Assembly (NCBI GenBank): GCA_965208575.1
Contig: CBDBOV010000003.1
Location: 288,001 to 352,000 of the forward strand
Direction: 5' to 3'
DNA length: 64,000 bases
Origin: Spirochaetia bacterium
Lineage (GTDB): Bacteria; Spirochaetota; Spirochaetia; SZUA-6; Bin103
Shown here: in pieces, positions 37,808-48,187 of the stretch
Layout: every line of letters starts with the position of its first letter
How positions within the stretch are numbered: the stretch's first letter is position 1
The notes under the pieces: generated by a model
The model's input: only the letters and a program-made list of their open reading frames with translations
The model's database searches: none
Told to the model about the DNA's origin: nothing
Made by a program: the position numbers and the translations under genes

Positions 37808-38686
37808 ATGGCGGCCATGAACCGATATCGGCGCGTGCGCGAGCGCACGTACGAGGTGCTGGAGAAGGTCGCCGAGGGCGACCGGCTCTCGCAGGCGGTC
37901 GACGTGGCCATCATCGCCGTGATCCTCGCCAACATGGCGGCGGTGGTGCTGGAGTCGTTCGCCGGGCTCTCCGATCGCTACGCCGCCTGGTTCTCCGCGG
38001 TGGAAGTGGTATCGGTGATACTGTTCACGGCGGAGTTGGCGCTGCGCCTGTGGACCTGCGACCTGCTGCGCCCGGGGCGCTCGTGGCCGGTCGCGGTGGT
38101 GCGCTTCCTGGTATCGCCGATCGGGCTGATCGACCTGCTCGCCATCCTGCCGTTCTACCTGCCGCTGCTGATCCCGGTCGACCTGCGCGTGGTGCGCGTG
38201 CTGCGCCTGGTGCGCTTCCTGCGCCTGCTGAAGCTGACCCGCTACACGCGTTCGGTGGCGACCATGGCGGCGGTGGTGCGGGAGCGCCGCCACGAGTTGA
38301 TGGTGGCGGTGTTGCTCACCGCGATTCTGCTGGTGGTGGCCTCCACGCTGATGTACTACCTGGAGTCGACGGTACAGCCGGAGGCGTTCCCGAACATTGT
38401 CGCCTCGCTGTGGTGGGCGGTGGCCACGCTCACCACCATCGGCTACGGCGACGTGTTCCCGGTCACCGGCCTCGGCCGCCTGCTCAGCGGCATCATCGCC
38501 GTGCTCGGCATCGGGCTGGTGGCGCTGCCCACCGCGATCATCAGTTCCGGGTTCGTCGAAGCGCTGGCCCGCAGCAAGCAGGAGGAGGGCGATGCGAAGG
38601 CGGCCGGGACCGACGCCGGCACCGGTGCCGTGCAGGTGTGCCCGCACTGCGGCAAGCCGCTCGATGCCGGAGCCGAACGGGACTGA
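37808..38686 (+). CDS. Voltage-gated potassium channel / ion transporter
   Basis: S4 RVVRVLRLVRFLRLLKL; pore WWAVATLTTIGYGD; terminal CPHCG. Confidence 0.95.
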   Translation: MAAMNRYRRVRERTYEVLEKVAEGDRLSQAVDVAIIAVILANMAAVVLESFAGLSDRYAAWFSAVEVVSVILFTAELALRLWTCDLLRPGRSWPVAVVRFLVSPIGLIDLLAILPFYLPLLIPVDLRVVRVLRLVRFLRLLKLTRYTRSVATMAAVVRERRHELMVAVLLTAILLVVASTLMYYLESTVQPEAFPNIVASLWWAVATLTTIGYGDVFPVTGLGRLLSGIIAVLGIGLVALPTAIISSGFVEALARSKQEEGDAKAAGTDAGTGAVQVCPHCGKPLDAGAERD

Positions 38687-38695
38687 CCGCGCCGC

Positions 38696-40042
38696 TCAAT
38701 CGTCGTCCCTCACCTTGACGATCGCGGCCGTCGCGTCGCCGAACTCGTACCAGGGGCCGGTGCCGGTGATGCGGGTCCCGATGCGCGCGAAGACCCAACC
38801 GTCGGGCTCATCGACGCTGTCGACCTCCAATCCGACACGAAATCTCACCTTGGTGCTGCCGGCTCCAACCCGCACCTGGTACAATCCGGAACGTCTCAGC
38901 ACGCTCCCTTGTTGGGTCAACCACACGGCCACGGTCAGGGCTTCAGACACCCGGTCCTGTGGGGCCAGGATGAACTCTACCGCTCCGTCGCCTTCGTCGT
39001 AGACGGCATCATCCGTGACGATCGAGATGCGCGGACCCAGAGGTTTGTACGCTCTGGTCCCCGCCCCGAGGTAGAACCATTCGCCCACGACGTTTCCTGA
39101 CACCGTGCGCGAGGCCACAAGACAGTCGCAGCCGCCCGGCAGGTTGATCGTGTACGTCCTCCCGGCGGTAGACGGAACGCGAACTTCCGAGATCAAATAC
39201 TCGGAATCATAAGCTCCCCACCACAGGTCGTAGTGGGTGATGGCCGTGTCGGTCGCCGTCCACCGCACGGTGATGCTGGTCGCCGTGACCATGGCGACCT
39301 CGAAGATCGGCGGCGTCCGCGGCGGGCGCCGCGGCGCAGGCGTGGGGGGCGGAGGCGCCGCGGTCTCCACGGTGACGACGAGCGACCACTCACCTTCCTC
39401 GCCTGCGTAGCGCGCCCGTACCCGTATTTCGTACGCGGCACCCGCATCGAGATCCGGGATGGTGTATTCCGTCGGCGTACTCGGGAGGTCGGTTGCCATG
39501 GTCCAGTCCGTGTCACCGTCGCGGCGCCAGTGCAACTCGTAGCCGGTGATTGCCGAATCGGTCTCCGGGGCCTTCCAGGTCACCGTGACGGCCGTCGCGG
39601 TTCGCGTGCCCGGCGCCAGCACCGGCGGAGGCGGCGCCGTCTTCACGGTGACGATGTGCGACCACTCACCTTGCTCGCCCGCGTATCGCGCGCGTACCTG
39701 TACCTCGTACCGGGTACCCGTATCGAGATTCGGGATGGTGTATTCGGTCGACGCGCTTGGGAGGTCGGCTACCATGGTCCAGTCCGCGTCACCGTCGCGG
39801 CGCCAGCGCAACGCGTAACCGGCGATCACCATCGCCGTGTCCGGCGCCGTCCACTGCACGGTGGCGCTGGTCGACGTGGTTGCCCCTGCGGAGAGCACCG
39901 GCGGCGGAGGTGCGGGCGGTGTTTCGTCTTGCGGAGCCTGAATCTTCGGATGCATCCCGCCACATGCGCCCACGAGCAACCCTGCGAGTGTCAGCAGGAC
40001 AAGCAGCCGTCGCACGTCGCGGCCACGGCGCCATACCGGCAT
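38696..40042 (-). CDS. Fibronectin type III repeat lipoprotein with a Calx-beta-like C-terminus
   Basis: Lipobox LVGAC; FN3 motifs VQWTAP..GY.LRWR..L..GTRYEVQVRA..GEWS; start uncertain (40015 or 40042). Confidence 0.85.
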   Translation of the reverse strand: MPVWRRGRDVRRLLVLLTLAGLLVGACGGMHPKIQAPQDETPPAPPPPVLSAGATTSTSATVQWTAPDTAMVIAGYALRWRRDGDADWTMVADLPSASTEYTIPNLDTGTRYEVQVRARYAGEQGEWSHIVTVKTAPPPPVLAPGTRTATAVTVTWKAPETDSAITGYELHWRRDGDTDWTMATDLPSTPTEYTIPDLDAGAAYEIRVRARYAGEEGEWSLVVTVETAAPPPPTPAPRRPPRTPPIFEVAMVTATSITVRWTATDTAITHYDLWWGAYDSEYLISEVRVPSTAGRTYTINLPGGCDCLVASRTVSGNVVGEWFYLGAGTRAYKPLGPRISIVTDDAVYDEGDGAVEFILAPQDRVSEALTVAVWLTQQGSVLRRSGLYQVRVGAGSTKVRFRVGLEVDSVDEPDGWVFARIGTRITGTGPWYEFGDATAAIVKVRDDD

Positions 40043-40045
40043 GGG

Positions 40046-40241
40046 CGGCCTGCTCAGCGGCATCGCCGCCGTGCTCGCATCGGGCCGATGGCGCGGCCCA
40101 CGGCGATCCGGATTCGTCGAGTCGTTCTCCCGCACCCAACCGGAAACAGGCAAAGGGAAGGCATCGACACCGGCTCCGGTGCCGGACACGTGCGCCCGCA
40201 CTGCGGCAGGCCGCTCAGTGTCGGAGCCAAAACAGGACTGA
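40046..40241 (+). pseudogene. Degenerate copy of the K+ channel 3' end
   Basis: GCCTGCTCAGCGGCATC..CGCACTGCGGCA..GGACTGA resembles ~38478-38686. Confidence 0.8.
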
Positions 40242-40250
40242 CCGCTTCGC

Positions 40251-41597
40251 TCAATCGTCGTCCCTCACCCTGACGAACGCGGTGGTGATGTCTCCCACTT
40301 CGTAGTAGGGGCTGGTCTGGACCCGCGCGGAAACCCAACTGTCGGGCTCATCGACGCTGTCGACCTGCAATCCGACGCGGAATCTCACCCTGGTGCTGCC
40401 GACCCCGACCCGCACCTCTATCGTTCCGAACTGTTGCAGCATGTTTTCGTCTTCCGCCACCCACACGGACACGGTCAGGGGTTTAGTCACCCTGTCCTGT
40501 GGGGTCAGGATGAACTCGACCGCTCCGTCGCCTTCGTCGGCGAAGGCGTCGTCCGTGATGATCGAGATGCGCGGACCCTGAGGTTTGAATGGCACTATGG
40601 TATCGGCCGCGAGGTAGAACCATGGGCCCTCGACCGCTCCTTTCACCGTGCGCGAGCCGACAATACAGTGGCAGGCCCCCATGTCGATCGTGTACGTCTC
40701 GGTGGTAGACGGCACGCGAACCTGCGAGTACGCTCCCGGCTCCACCGGCACCAGGAACCCTTTCCACTTCAGGTCGTAGTGGGTGATGGCCGGATCGGTC
40801 ACCGTCCACTTCACCGTGACGGTGCTCTCCGTAACCATGGTTACCGTGAAGATCGGCGGCGTCCGCGGCGGCCGCCGCGGCGCAGGCGTGGGGGGCGGGG
40901 GCGCCGTGGTCTCCACGGTGACGACGAGCGACCACTCACCCTCCTCGCTTGCGTAGCGCGCCCGTACCCGTATTTGGTACACGGTGCGCGCATCGAGGTC
41001 GGGGATGGTGTATTCCGTCGGCGTACTCGGGAGGTCGGTTGCCATGATCCAGTCCGTGTCACCGGCGCGGCGCCAGTGCAGCTCGTAACCGGTGATTGCC
41101 GAATCGGTCTCCGGGGCCGTCCAGGTCACCGTGACGGCCGTCGCGGTTCGCGTGCCCGGCGCCAGCACCGGTGGCGGCGGCGCGGTCTCCACGGTGACGA
41201 TGTGCGACCACTCACCTTGCTCGCCCGCGTATCGCGCGCGTACCTGTACCTCGTACCGGGTACCCGCATCGAGATTCGGGATGGTGTGTTCGGTCGACGC
41301 GCTTGAGAGGTCGGCTGCCATGGTCCAGTTCGCGTCACCGGCGGGGCGCCAGCGCAACGCGTAACCGGTGATCACCATCTCCGTGTCCGGCGCCGTCCAC
41401 TGCACCGTGGCGCTGGTCGACGTGGTCGCTCCTGCCGAGAGCAGCGGCGGCGGCGGTGCGGGCGGTGTTTCGTCTTGCGGAGCCTGAATCTTCGGATGCA
41501 TCCCGCCGCATGCCCCCAGGAGCAACCCTCCGACCGTCAGCAGGAGAAGAATCGCCTGCACGTCGCCGCCGCGGCGTATCACTGCCCTGCGATACAT
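40251..41597 (-). CDS. Fibronectin type III repeat lipoprotein, tandem paralog
   Basis: Lipobox LLGAC; same architecture as the 38696 gene; start uncertain (41561-41609). Confidence 0.85.
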   Translation of the reverse strand: MYRRAVIRRGGDVQAILLLLTVGGLLLGACGGMHPKIQAPQDETPPAPPPPLLSAGATTSTSATVQWTAPDTEMVITGYALRWRPAGDANWTMAADLSSASTEHTIPNLDAGTRYEVQVRARYAGEQGEWSHIVTVETAPPPPVLAPGTRTATAVTVTWTAPETDSAITGYELHWRRAGDTDWIMATDLPSTPTEYTIPDLDARTVYQIRVRARYASEEGEWSLVVTVETTAPPPPTPAPRRPPRTPPIFTVTMVTESTVTVKWTVTDPAITHYDLKWKGFLVPVEPGAYSQVRVPSTTETYTIDMGACHCIVGSRTVKGAVEGPWFYLAADTIVPFKPQGPRISIITDDAFADEGDGAVEFILTPQDRVTKPLTVSVWVAEDENMLQQFGTIEVRVGVGSTRVRFRVGLQVDSVDEPDSWVSARVQTSPYYEVGDITTAFVRVRDDD

Positions 41598-41796
41598 GGC
41601 ATTCTGCATCGTAGTTGCATGGCGGCCGATTGTCCATCACCGAATCATATTCAGAATGGATAATGGAATGTCGTTTTCGTGTTTTTGATGGATGGAACGA
41701 AGGGGTTGCGCGATTGAAGCCTTGTCTCGCACAGTCGGCGGCAGCGTTGCACGGTTGCAGCCTTCCGGACGAGGTTGCGCGGGCGCGGGAGATGCG

Positions 41797-42657
41797 ATGA
41801 GGCTGGTGGTGTTCGGGGGTTCGGGCAGGATTGGGCGCCACGTGGTGGCGGAGTTGATCGCGCATGGGCACTCCGTGGTCAACGCCGACCGCTCGCCGCC
41901 GCCGCACGTGAGGTGGCTGTATGACCAGGCTGGTGCGGAGCTGTACGTGCACACGGACCTGTCGCGGTTGGGTGACGTGGTATCGGTGCTGCGCGGCGCC
42001 GATGGCCTGATTCAACTGGCGGCGATTCCCAACCCCACCGGCCATGTGGCCGGCGAGGTGTTCCACACCAACATGGTGACCGACTTCAACGTGCTGGAGG
42101 CAGCCGACCTGCTCGGCATACCGAAGCTGGTGATGTCGTCGTCGATCAACGCGCTCGGCGCCTCCTTCAATCGCACGGTGGTGGCGCCGCGCTACTTCCC
42201 GGTCGACGAGCAGCACGAGACGCGTTGCGAGGAGATCTACTCCACCACCAAGTGGCTGGGCGAGGAACTGGCCGCCGCCTACGCGCGGCGGCGCGAGGTG
42301 CAGATCGCCAGCCTGCGCTACACCTGGGTGATGGACGAGGCGATCCGGGAGCGGACGCGGGCCGGCGGCGATCCGCTGGCGCAGCAGGAGCGCGGCGCCA
42401 AGGGGTTGTGGTCGTGGATCGACATCCGCGACGTGGCGAGCGCCTGCCGGCTGGCGCTGGCGGCCTCCTGGCGCGGCCACGAGCGGTTCTGGATCAACGC
42501 CGCCGACACCACGCTGGACCTGCCCACCACCGAGGCGCTGGCCAGGTGGTACCCGGGCGTGCCGCTGAAGGCGCCGCTCGCTGGCCACGCCGCCGTGCTG
42601 AGCATCGCCAAGGCGCGCCGCCTGCTCGGCTGGCAGCCCGCCCACTCCTGGCACTGA
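41797..42657 (+). CDS. NAD-dependent epimerase/dehydratase
   Basis: VFGGSGRIG, QLAAIP, SSINALG, YSTTK. Confidence 0.92.
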   Translation: MRLVVFGGSGRIGRHVVAELIAHGHSVVNADRSPPPHVRWLYDQAGAELYVHTDLSRLGDVVSVLRGADGLIQLAAIPNPTGHVAGEVFHTNMVTDFNVLEAADLLGIPKLVMSSSINALGASFNRTVVAPRYFPVDEQHETRCEEIYSTTKWLGEELAAAYARRREVQIASLRYTWVMDEAIRERTRAGGDPLAQQERGAKGLWSWIDIRDVASACRLALAASWRGHERFWINAADTTLDLPTTEALARWYPGVPLKAPLAGHAAVLSIAKARRLLGWQPAHSWH

Positions 42658-42785
42658 CGCGCCGTTTCCGGTCGGCCCGCCGCGGCCGGGTGGCCGGCGC
42701 TGGCGACGCCGCTGATGGCGCCTGGTGAGCCGGCCCGCCGCGCGGGGGAAACGGGCGCCGCCGGGCGGGTGTCGCCGGCGGACCG

Positions 42786-43445
42786 CTACCCCGGCGGCCG
42801 GCTGTTTACCGCGGCCGGCGACCAGCCGGCGCCGCCGGGAGCCGGGGCCACGCGCGCCGTCCCGGCCGGGCGCGGCGCGGTGCGGCGTACCCGGGCGCGA
42901 GCGGCGTAGTAGCTGAGCAGAACGAAGGAGGCCGCCCCGAGTTGTCCGAGGCAGGTCTGCCAGGTGGGGTAGATGCCGAACCAGTTGCCCAGCCAGTAGG
43001 GCATGGCGAGGCCGACGATCGGGGTCACCGGCAGCCAGGCGACCGCCTGCATCACGTGCACGGTGCTGCCCACCAGGGTGATCAGCACGGCGCCGATCAG
43101 GACCCCGGTCACCACCAGCATCTTCTTGTGGGGCAGCTTCTTCTCCAAGTGCAGGGTGACCACGCCGACGGCCGCTACCGCGGCCGACCCGAGCAGCACG
43201 CCGGCCAGCACGGTGTCGGCGCCGGCGCGCAGGAACAGGGCCTGCAGGAACAGCGCCGTCTCGAACCCCTCGCGGTAGACGCTGACGAAGCCCAGCGTGG
43301 CGAAGCCGGCGAGCTGGCCGGCGGCGCCCGCCAGCAGGGTGCGCCTGCGACCGTGGAACTTGGCGATCCAGCCGCTCCAGTACACCTTGTGGAAGAACCA
43401 GTTGGTGATGAGCAGCAGTACCGCGATGGCCAGCAGGGACACGAC
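42786..43445 (-). pseudogene. FTR1/EfeU iron permease, C-terminal half only
   Basis: ITNWFFHKVYW, VYREGFETALFL, W.G..FGIYPTW; first RExxE half absent. Confidence 0.85.
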
Positions 43446-44377
43446 TGCAGGCCGCGACCGCGACGCTGCGCGCCGTGGCCGGCGATTACAACGACGTGTT
43501 GGCGGCGCACGGCTTCGACTACCAGGCCGCGTGGAACGCGCAGGCAGAGGAGTTGCGTCTGCTGGTGGACGCCGGCAGGGATGCCTGGGTGGCCGCGAGC
43601 ACCGCGTACGAGCTGAGCGAGGGCATCATCGCCGGCGTGCCGTCCCTGGCCTACTACGACGTGTGGATCGACGCCGGCCCGTCCGGCGCGGAAGATCCCG
43701 CCGAGGCGCTGGACTGGACCCTCACCATCGAGGAAGGCAACGTGATGGAGAGCCCCGGCAACCTGTTCCATCACCTCACCGAGCCGGTGCTGTGGGGGAC
43801 CATGGACGACTGGAGCGGTGCGCGCGTCGACCTGGACCGCGACGGCGCCGTCGCCAAGGTCGGTGACTCGCTGCCGGAAGTGAAGATGTTCCTGGCGGTC
43901 GCCGGCGCCATCGACGACGCGGCCATCGAGATGGGGCAGGCGGTCGATGGTTGGGACCCCACCCTGAGCGACGTGTTCACCGCGCTGGTGGTAATGGTGC
44001 CGACCATGAACGAGTACTTCGGACAGTGGAAGGAGTCGCGCTACGTGGCCGGCGCCGCGTCGGGCGAAGCCAGCTTTGTCGCCGTGAGCCGCCTGTTCGA
44101 CATCAACGGCATCCTGACCGGCCTGGACGTTGCCTACCAGCACGTCACCGGCCTGGTGGCGGAGCAGGACGCCTCCCTCGATGCCCAGATCCGCGCCGGC
44201 TTCGAGCAGTTGCTCGGTTACGTCGGCGACCTGTACGACCAGGAACGCGCCGGGCGGCAGTTCACCGCGGCCGAGGCCGACCTGTTCGGGACCGAGGCGC
44301 AGGAGTTGGCCACCACCCTGTCGGCGCTGCTCGCGCGTGCCGCCAAGGTGCTCGAGATCACCCTGGACTTGGCGTAG
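43445..44377 (+). pseudogene. Imelysin/EfeO-like iron-binding protein, 5'-truncated (no signal peptide)
   Basis: AW..AS..YE..EGIIAGVPSL..YDV.IDAG, PGNLFH..EP.LWGT, ALVVMVPTMNEYF..WK.SR. Confidence 0.7.
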
Positions 44378-44730
44378 CCGCATGGTCAGCGAAACGCACG
44401 AACCGGAAGCCGAGCACAGCGGCTGCCCATGCGCCAAGCCGGCGCCGAGCAGGCGGTGTGCCCGTGCGGGCGCATGGTAGCCGCGGACGCGGTGTCCGAC
44501 CGCGCCGCGACTGCCGCCAGCATGGAAGCTCCGCGCCCCGAACAGGGTGCCGCCCCGCCCGTGGCCGCCGCATCGCGCTAGCGCGGCAACCATATCGCAA
44601 GCCCGTGACGCACCCACGACATTCGTGGTGTGTCGCGGGTTCCATCGCGGACTCACGGGCGCCACGCGCGGCGCGGTCTCCTCGTCGGCGTCCAGCGCGC
44701 GTCAGAATGCGCGAATTGCGGGCCATGCAT

Positions 44731-47304
44731 CTATTGGTGCGGAGCCCTCGCCGCCCTGCCGGCCTGGGCGGCGACCAGCGCGGCGCAGGCGTAGGCGGCG
44801 ACGGCGACCAGGCCGAGCGCGGCGATTCCGTGGGCCACGGCGAGCAGCGTGCTGGCCACCGCGCCGACGACCGAGGCGCAGCCGTTGGCGGCCCAGGCGA
44901 GGGCGCGGGCCGGTGGGTCGGGGGCCAGCAGGCGCAGCCCGAGCGGGAACGCCACCCCGACCGCCGCGCCGAGCGGCGCCAGCAGCACGACGATCGCCGC
45001 CACGCGCACCACGCGCGTCAGCCCGAGCAGCCACGGCACGGCGAGCACCCCGGCGACCGCGCAGGCGAGCACCACGACGGCGGCCACGCATACTGCCAGC
45101 CAGGTGCGGTGCTGCGCGATCCGCTCGGATGCCAGTCCGCCGGCGGCGGACCACACCAGCAGGGCGCCGAGCACCACCTTGAAGCTGACCACCGGGTCGC
45201 CGAGAGCTACCGTGAGGCGCTGGATCAGCATCAGTTCCATCAGGATGAAGCCCAGCCCGATGGCCAGGAAGTAGCCGACCAGGGCGGCGCGCGGGACCGG
45301 CGCGGGGCGCCGGGCGGCGCGCAGCCAGGGCACCGCGAGCAGCACCAGGGCGAGCAGCAGCGCCTCGGCCAGCACCGCCAGGGCGACCACGTCGCCGGAC
45401 AGCAGCAGGCCGTACAGGCGCCCGCCGGTGGCGCGCTGAAAGTCGGCGAGCCGGCTCCAGCGCACGAAACGGTTGAAGAACGGCCGGTCGTCGGTGGGCG
45501 GACGCAGATCGATCAACCCGGCAGCCAGCGCGGCCGGTGTCGGAGTCCAACGCCGCGGCCCGCGCCGCGCTGCGCCGCCGGAGCGTTCGGAGTCCGCCGC
45601 TCCCGGGGGTGACCGCGCCGTCCCGGCGGCGGGCGAAGCTGCCTGCATGGTGTCCAGCACTTCAGCGACGGCGAGCGCATGGAACGGTTCCGCCAGCCGG
45701 TTGAAACGGTTGGTTTCCTGCGGGTCAAGATCGGGCGCGGCGACCAGGTCGAAGCCGTGCCGGGCGGCGAACGAGCGCAGGCGCGCGACCCGGTCCGGCG
45801 GCCACGGTCGCCGACTGACCAGCAGGGTGAAGGAATCCCAGTTGCGGATCATGGCCAGGTGGTCGCGCGGCGAACTGCGCGCCGCCGGCGGCAGCGCCTG
45901 CACGGCGACGGCCGCCAGCCGCGGCGCGTTGGAGGGCGGCAGCAGCAGGCGCCGCGACACCGACAGCACGCCGTCCGGCTCCAGCACGGCCAGGTAGTCG
46001 CGGAACGCCTGCACCGTCAGCAGCGGCTCCTGCGCATGGCTCTCGGTACCGGCCAGCGACGCTCCCCAGGCCTCGACCAGGACGACCCCGAAGCGCTGCC
46101 CGCGGCGCACCAGGCGGCGTACCAGGGCGCGCGGCTCATCCTCCACAACCTGCATCGCAGCGTTCGGCGGCCGCGGCAGATCCCGGAGGCGCCGAGCCAT
46201 GACGCGGCTCGGCTCCGCGACCACTACCCGGCCGCTCGCCGGCAGCGCGGCTGCCAGCAGCACCCCGCCACCCTCCTGCAGCACCAGCGCCGGCCGCGGC
46301 GCCGCGCCGAGGTGAAAGGCCGCGGCGGGATGGATCGCCGTCAGCCAGGCGCCCGCGTCCACGCCCCCGCCCGCGCCCCCGCCTTGCGCCTTCCCCCTTG
46401 GGACCGTGTCCTCTGCCACGAACAGCGCCGCGTCGCCGTCGCGAACCAGCGCACGCTGCGCCGGCACCACGATGCCCGCCCCGAGACTGAGGCCGGGAGC
46501 GAACCGGATGGTCGGGCCGGCCACTTCGTCGATGCGCCCGCGGATCGTGTCGTGCCGGGTGACCTGCCGGGTGTCGGGGAAGCGCAGCACGTGAGACAGG
46601 TACTTGTAGGGTCCGGGCCGTGGTTCCAGCGCCGGATGGGCCAGCACGATGCCGGCGCCGAGCACCGCCGCCGGCAGCGCCAGTACCGGCAGCAGCCGGC
46701 GCGCGCGCCGCGTTCCGCCGCCACCGGTGGCGGCGGCCGGTTCGGGCAGCAACGCGAGTGGCAGCAGCACCAGCGCCGGGATGACCAGCGCGGCGCGCAG
46801 CCCGGCCAGCGGCAGCAGCGCCAGCGGCAGCAACACTCCCGCCGCGGAGCCGGCCATGGCGGCGGCGTACACCGCTCCCGGGCGCTCGGTGCCGGCCGCG
46901 AAGGCGACCGCCGTGACCAGGCCGGCGAAGAAGAACGGCACCGCGCAGGCGAGGTAGCTGACCGCCAGGAACAGGAGCTGGAGCGGCTCGCTCGGGATGC
47001 GGAAGAAGTCGAGCGGCAGCAAGCGCAGTACCATGAACATCGCCACCGAACTGACCGCCATGGCGGTGGCCGAACGCTGCATGGTCCGTACCACGCCGCC
47101 GGACGTGGCCAGGCGGGTGTCCCGCCAGCGCCGCCCGCCCGCGGCCAGGTTGAGGTAGGCGCCGCTGGCCGAGAACCCGAGCAGCGCGACGCTGATCACC
47201 ATGAACGACAGGTGATGCCACTGGGTCAGCGCGAAGTAGCGCGCGAGCAGCGCTTCCAGCGCCAGCGCCGCCGCCGATACCGCGAATACCAGCGCCAGCG
47301 CCAT
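44731..47304 (-). CDS. Spermidine-synthase-like integral membrane protein
   Basis: N-terminal TM block (QWHHLSFMVISVALLGF.ASG), central MTase-like region (LLTVQAFRDYL..L.PDG), PPTDDRPFF, AWAANGCASV. Confidence 0.8.
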   Translation of the reverse strand: MALALVFAVSAAALALEALLARYFALTQWHHLSFMVISVALLGFSASGAYLNLAAGGRRWRDTRLATSGGVVRTMQRSATAMAVSSVAMFMVLRLLPLDFFRIPSEPLQLLFLAVSYLACAVPFFFAGLVTAVAFAAGTERPGAVYAAAMAGSAAGVLLPLALLPLAGLRAALVIPALVLLPLALLPEPAAATGGGGTRRARRLLPVLALPAAVLGAGIVLAHPALEPRPGPYKYLSHVLRFPDTRQVTRHDTIRGRIDEVAGPTIRFAPGLSLGAGIVVPAQRALVRDGDAALFVAEDTVPRGKAQGGGAGGGVDAGAWLTAIHPAAAFHLGAAPRPALVLQEGGGVLLAAALPASGRVVVAEPSRVMARRLRDLPRPPNAAMQVVEDEPRALVRRLVRRGQRFGVVLVEAWGASLAGTESHAQEPLLTVQAFRDYLAVLEPDGVLSVSRRLLLPPSNAPRLAAVAVQALPPAARSSPRDHLAMIRNWDSFTLLVSRRPWPPDRVARLRSFAARHGFDLVAAPDLDPQETNRFNRLAEPFHALAVAEVLDTMQAASPAAGTARSPPGAADSERSGGAARRGPRRWTPTPAALAAGLIDLRPPTDDRPFFNRFVRWSRLADFQRATGGRLYGLLLSGDVVALAVLAEALLLALVLLAVPWLRAARRPAPVPRAALVGYFLAIGLGFILMELMLIQRLTVALGDPVVSFKVVLGALLVWSAAGGLASERIAQHRTWLAVCVAAVVVLACAVAGVLAVPWLLGLTRVVRVAAIVVLLAPLGAAVGVAFPLGLRLLAPDPPARALAWAANGCASVVGAVASTLLAVAHGIAALGLVAVAAYACAALVAAQAGRAARAPHQ

Positions 47305-47317
47305 GACGCCGCCTCAC

Positions 47318-48130
47318 TCAGCGCTGCAGAGCGTGGCCGGTCATCGGAACGAACAGGACCCCCAGGATCAGGTCGACCGTGTAGTCGGCGCCGCTGCCGC
47401 CGCTGCCGGTCTTGGTGACCAGCACCAGGTTCTGGTAGCTGAACGGATTGCCGAGCGGCAGAATCATCGTGCCGCCGGTGGCAAGCTGCTCCAGCAGGGG
47501 CGCGGGGATGTGGTCGATGGCGGCGGTGATCATGATGTGGTCGAACGGCGCGTGCTGCTCGACGCCGAAGTACCCGTCGCCTTCGAACGCGCGCACGTTG
47601 TCGTAGCCCAGCGCGGCCAGCCGTTCCTTCGACTGCGTGTGCAGCAGCGGCCGTATCTCGATGGTGAACACCTCGCCGGCCAGTTCCGCCAGCACCGCCG
47701 CCTGGTATCCGGAGCCGGTGCCCACCTCCAGCACGCGGTCGTCGGTCTCCAGCGCAAGCTGTTGCGTCATCAGGGCGACGATGTAGGGCTGCGAGATGGT
47801 CTGGCCGTCGTCGATCGGCAGCGCCGAATCGCGGTAGGCGCTGCCCTGCATCCGTTCCGGCACGAACAGGTGGCGCCGCACGCGGCCCATAACCTCCAGC
47901 ACCCGCGGATCGTCGATGTCGCGCGCCCGCAGTTGCCGTTCTACCATTGTTCGGCGGGCCCGGACGGTGGCTTCGTCCTCGTCGGCTGTGCGGTTCGCGT
48001 GTTCCTCGGCGCCCGCAGGCGACAGCAGCAGCAACAGCGCCGCGCCAGCGGCCAGACTGGCGCCGGCGCACGGCATGGCCGCGAGCGAGTGGGCCGGGCG
48101 GCGGGCCGCCGCGTGATTACCGAACAGCAT
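47318..48130 (-). CDS. pcm: Protein-L-isoaspartate O-methyltransferase
   Basis: GQTISQPYIVALMT, VLEVGTGSGYQAAVLA, GDGY.G..APFD.I..TAA; start uncertain. Confidence 0.93.
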   Translation of the reverse strand: MLFGNHAAARRPAHSLAAMPCAGASLAAGAALLLLLSPAGAEEHANRTADEDEATVRARRTMVERQLRARDIDDPRVLEVMGRVRRHLFVPERMQGSAYRDSALPIDDGQTISQPYIVALMTQQLALETDDRVLEVGTGSGYQAAVLAELAGEVFTIEIRPLLHTQSKERLAALGYDNVRAFEGDGYFGVEQHAPFDHIMITAAIDHIPAPLLEQLATGGTMILPLGNPFSYQNLVLVTKTGSGGSGADYTVDLILGVLFVPMTGHALQR

Positions 48131-48187
48131 GGCATCAGCAACTATACCTCTCTCGGCCACGGCGCGCACGCTGCACTGAATCCGGCG

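Noticed and set aside
36003-38647. 601-aa and 638-aa ORFs as given in the track
   Set aside because: They are over-extended; credible starts are 36734 and 37648.
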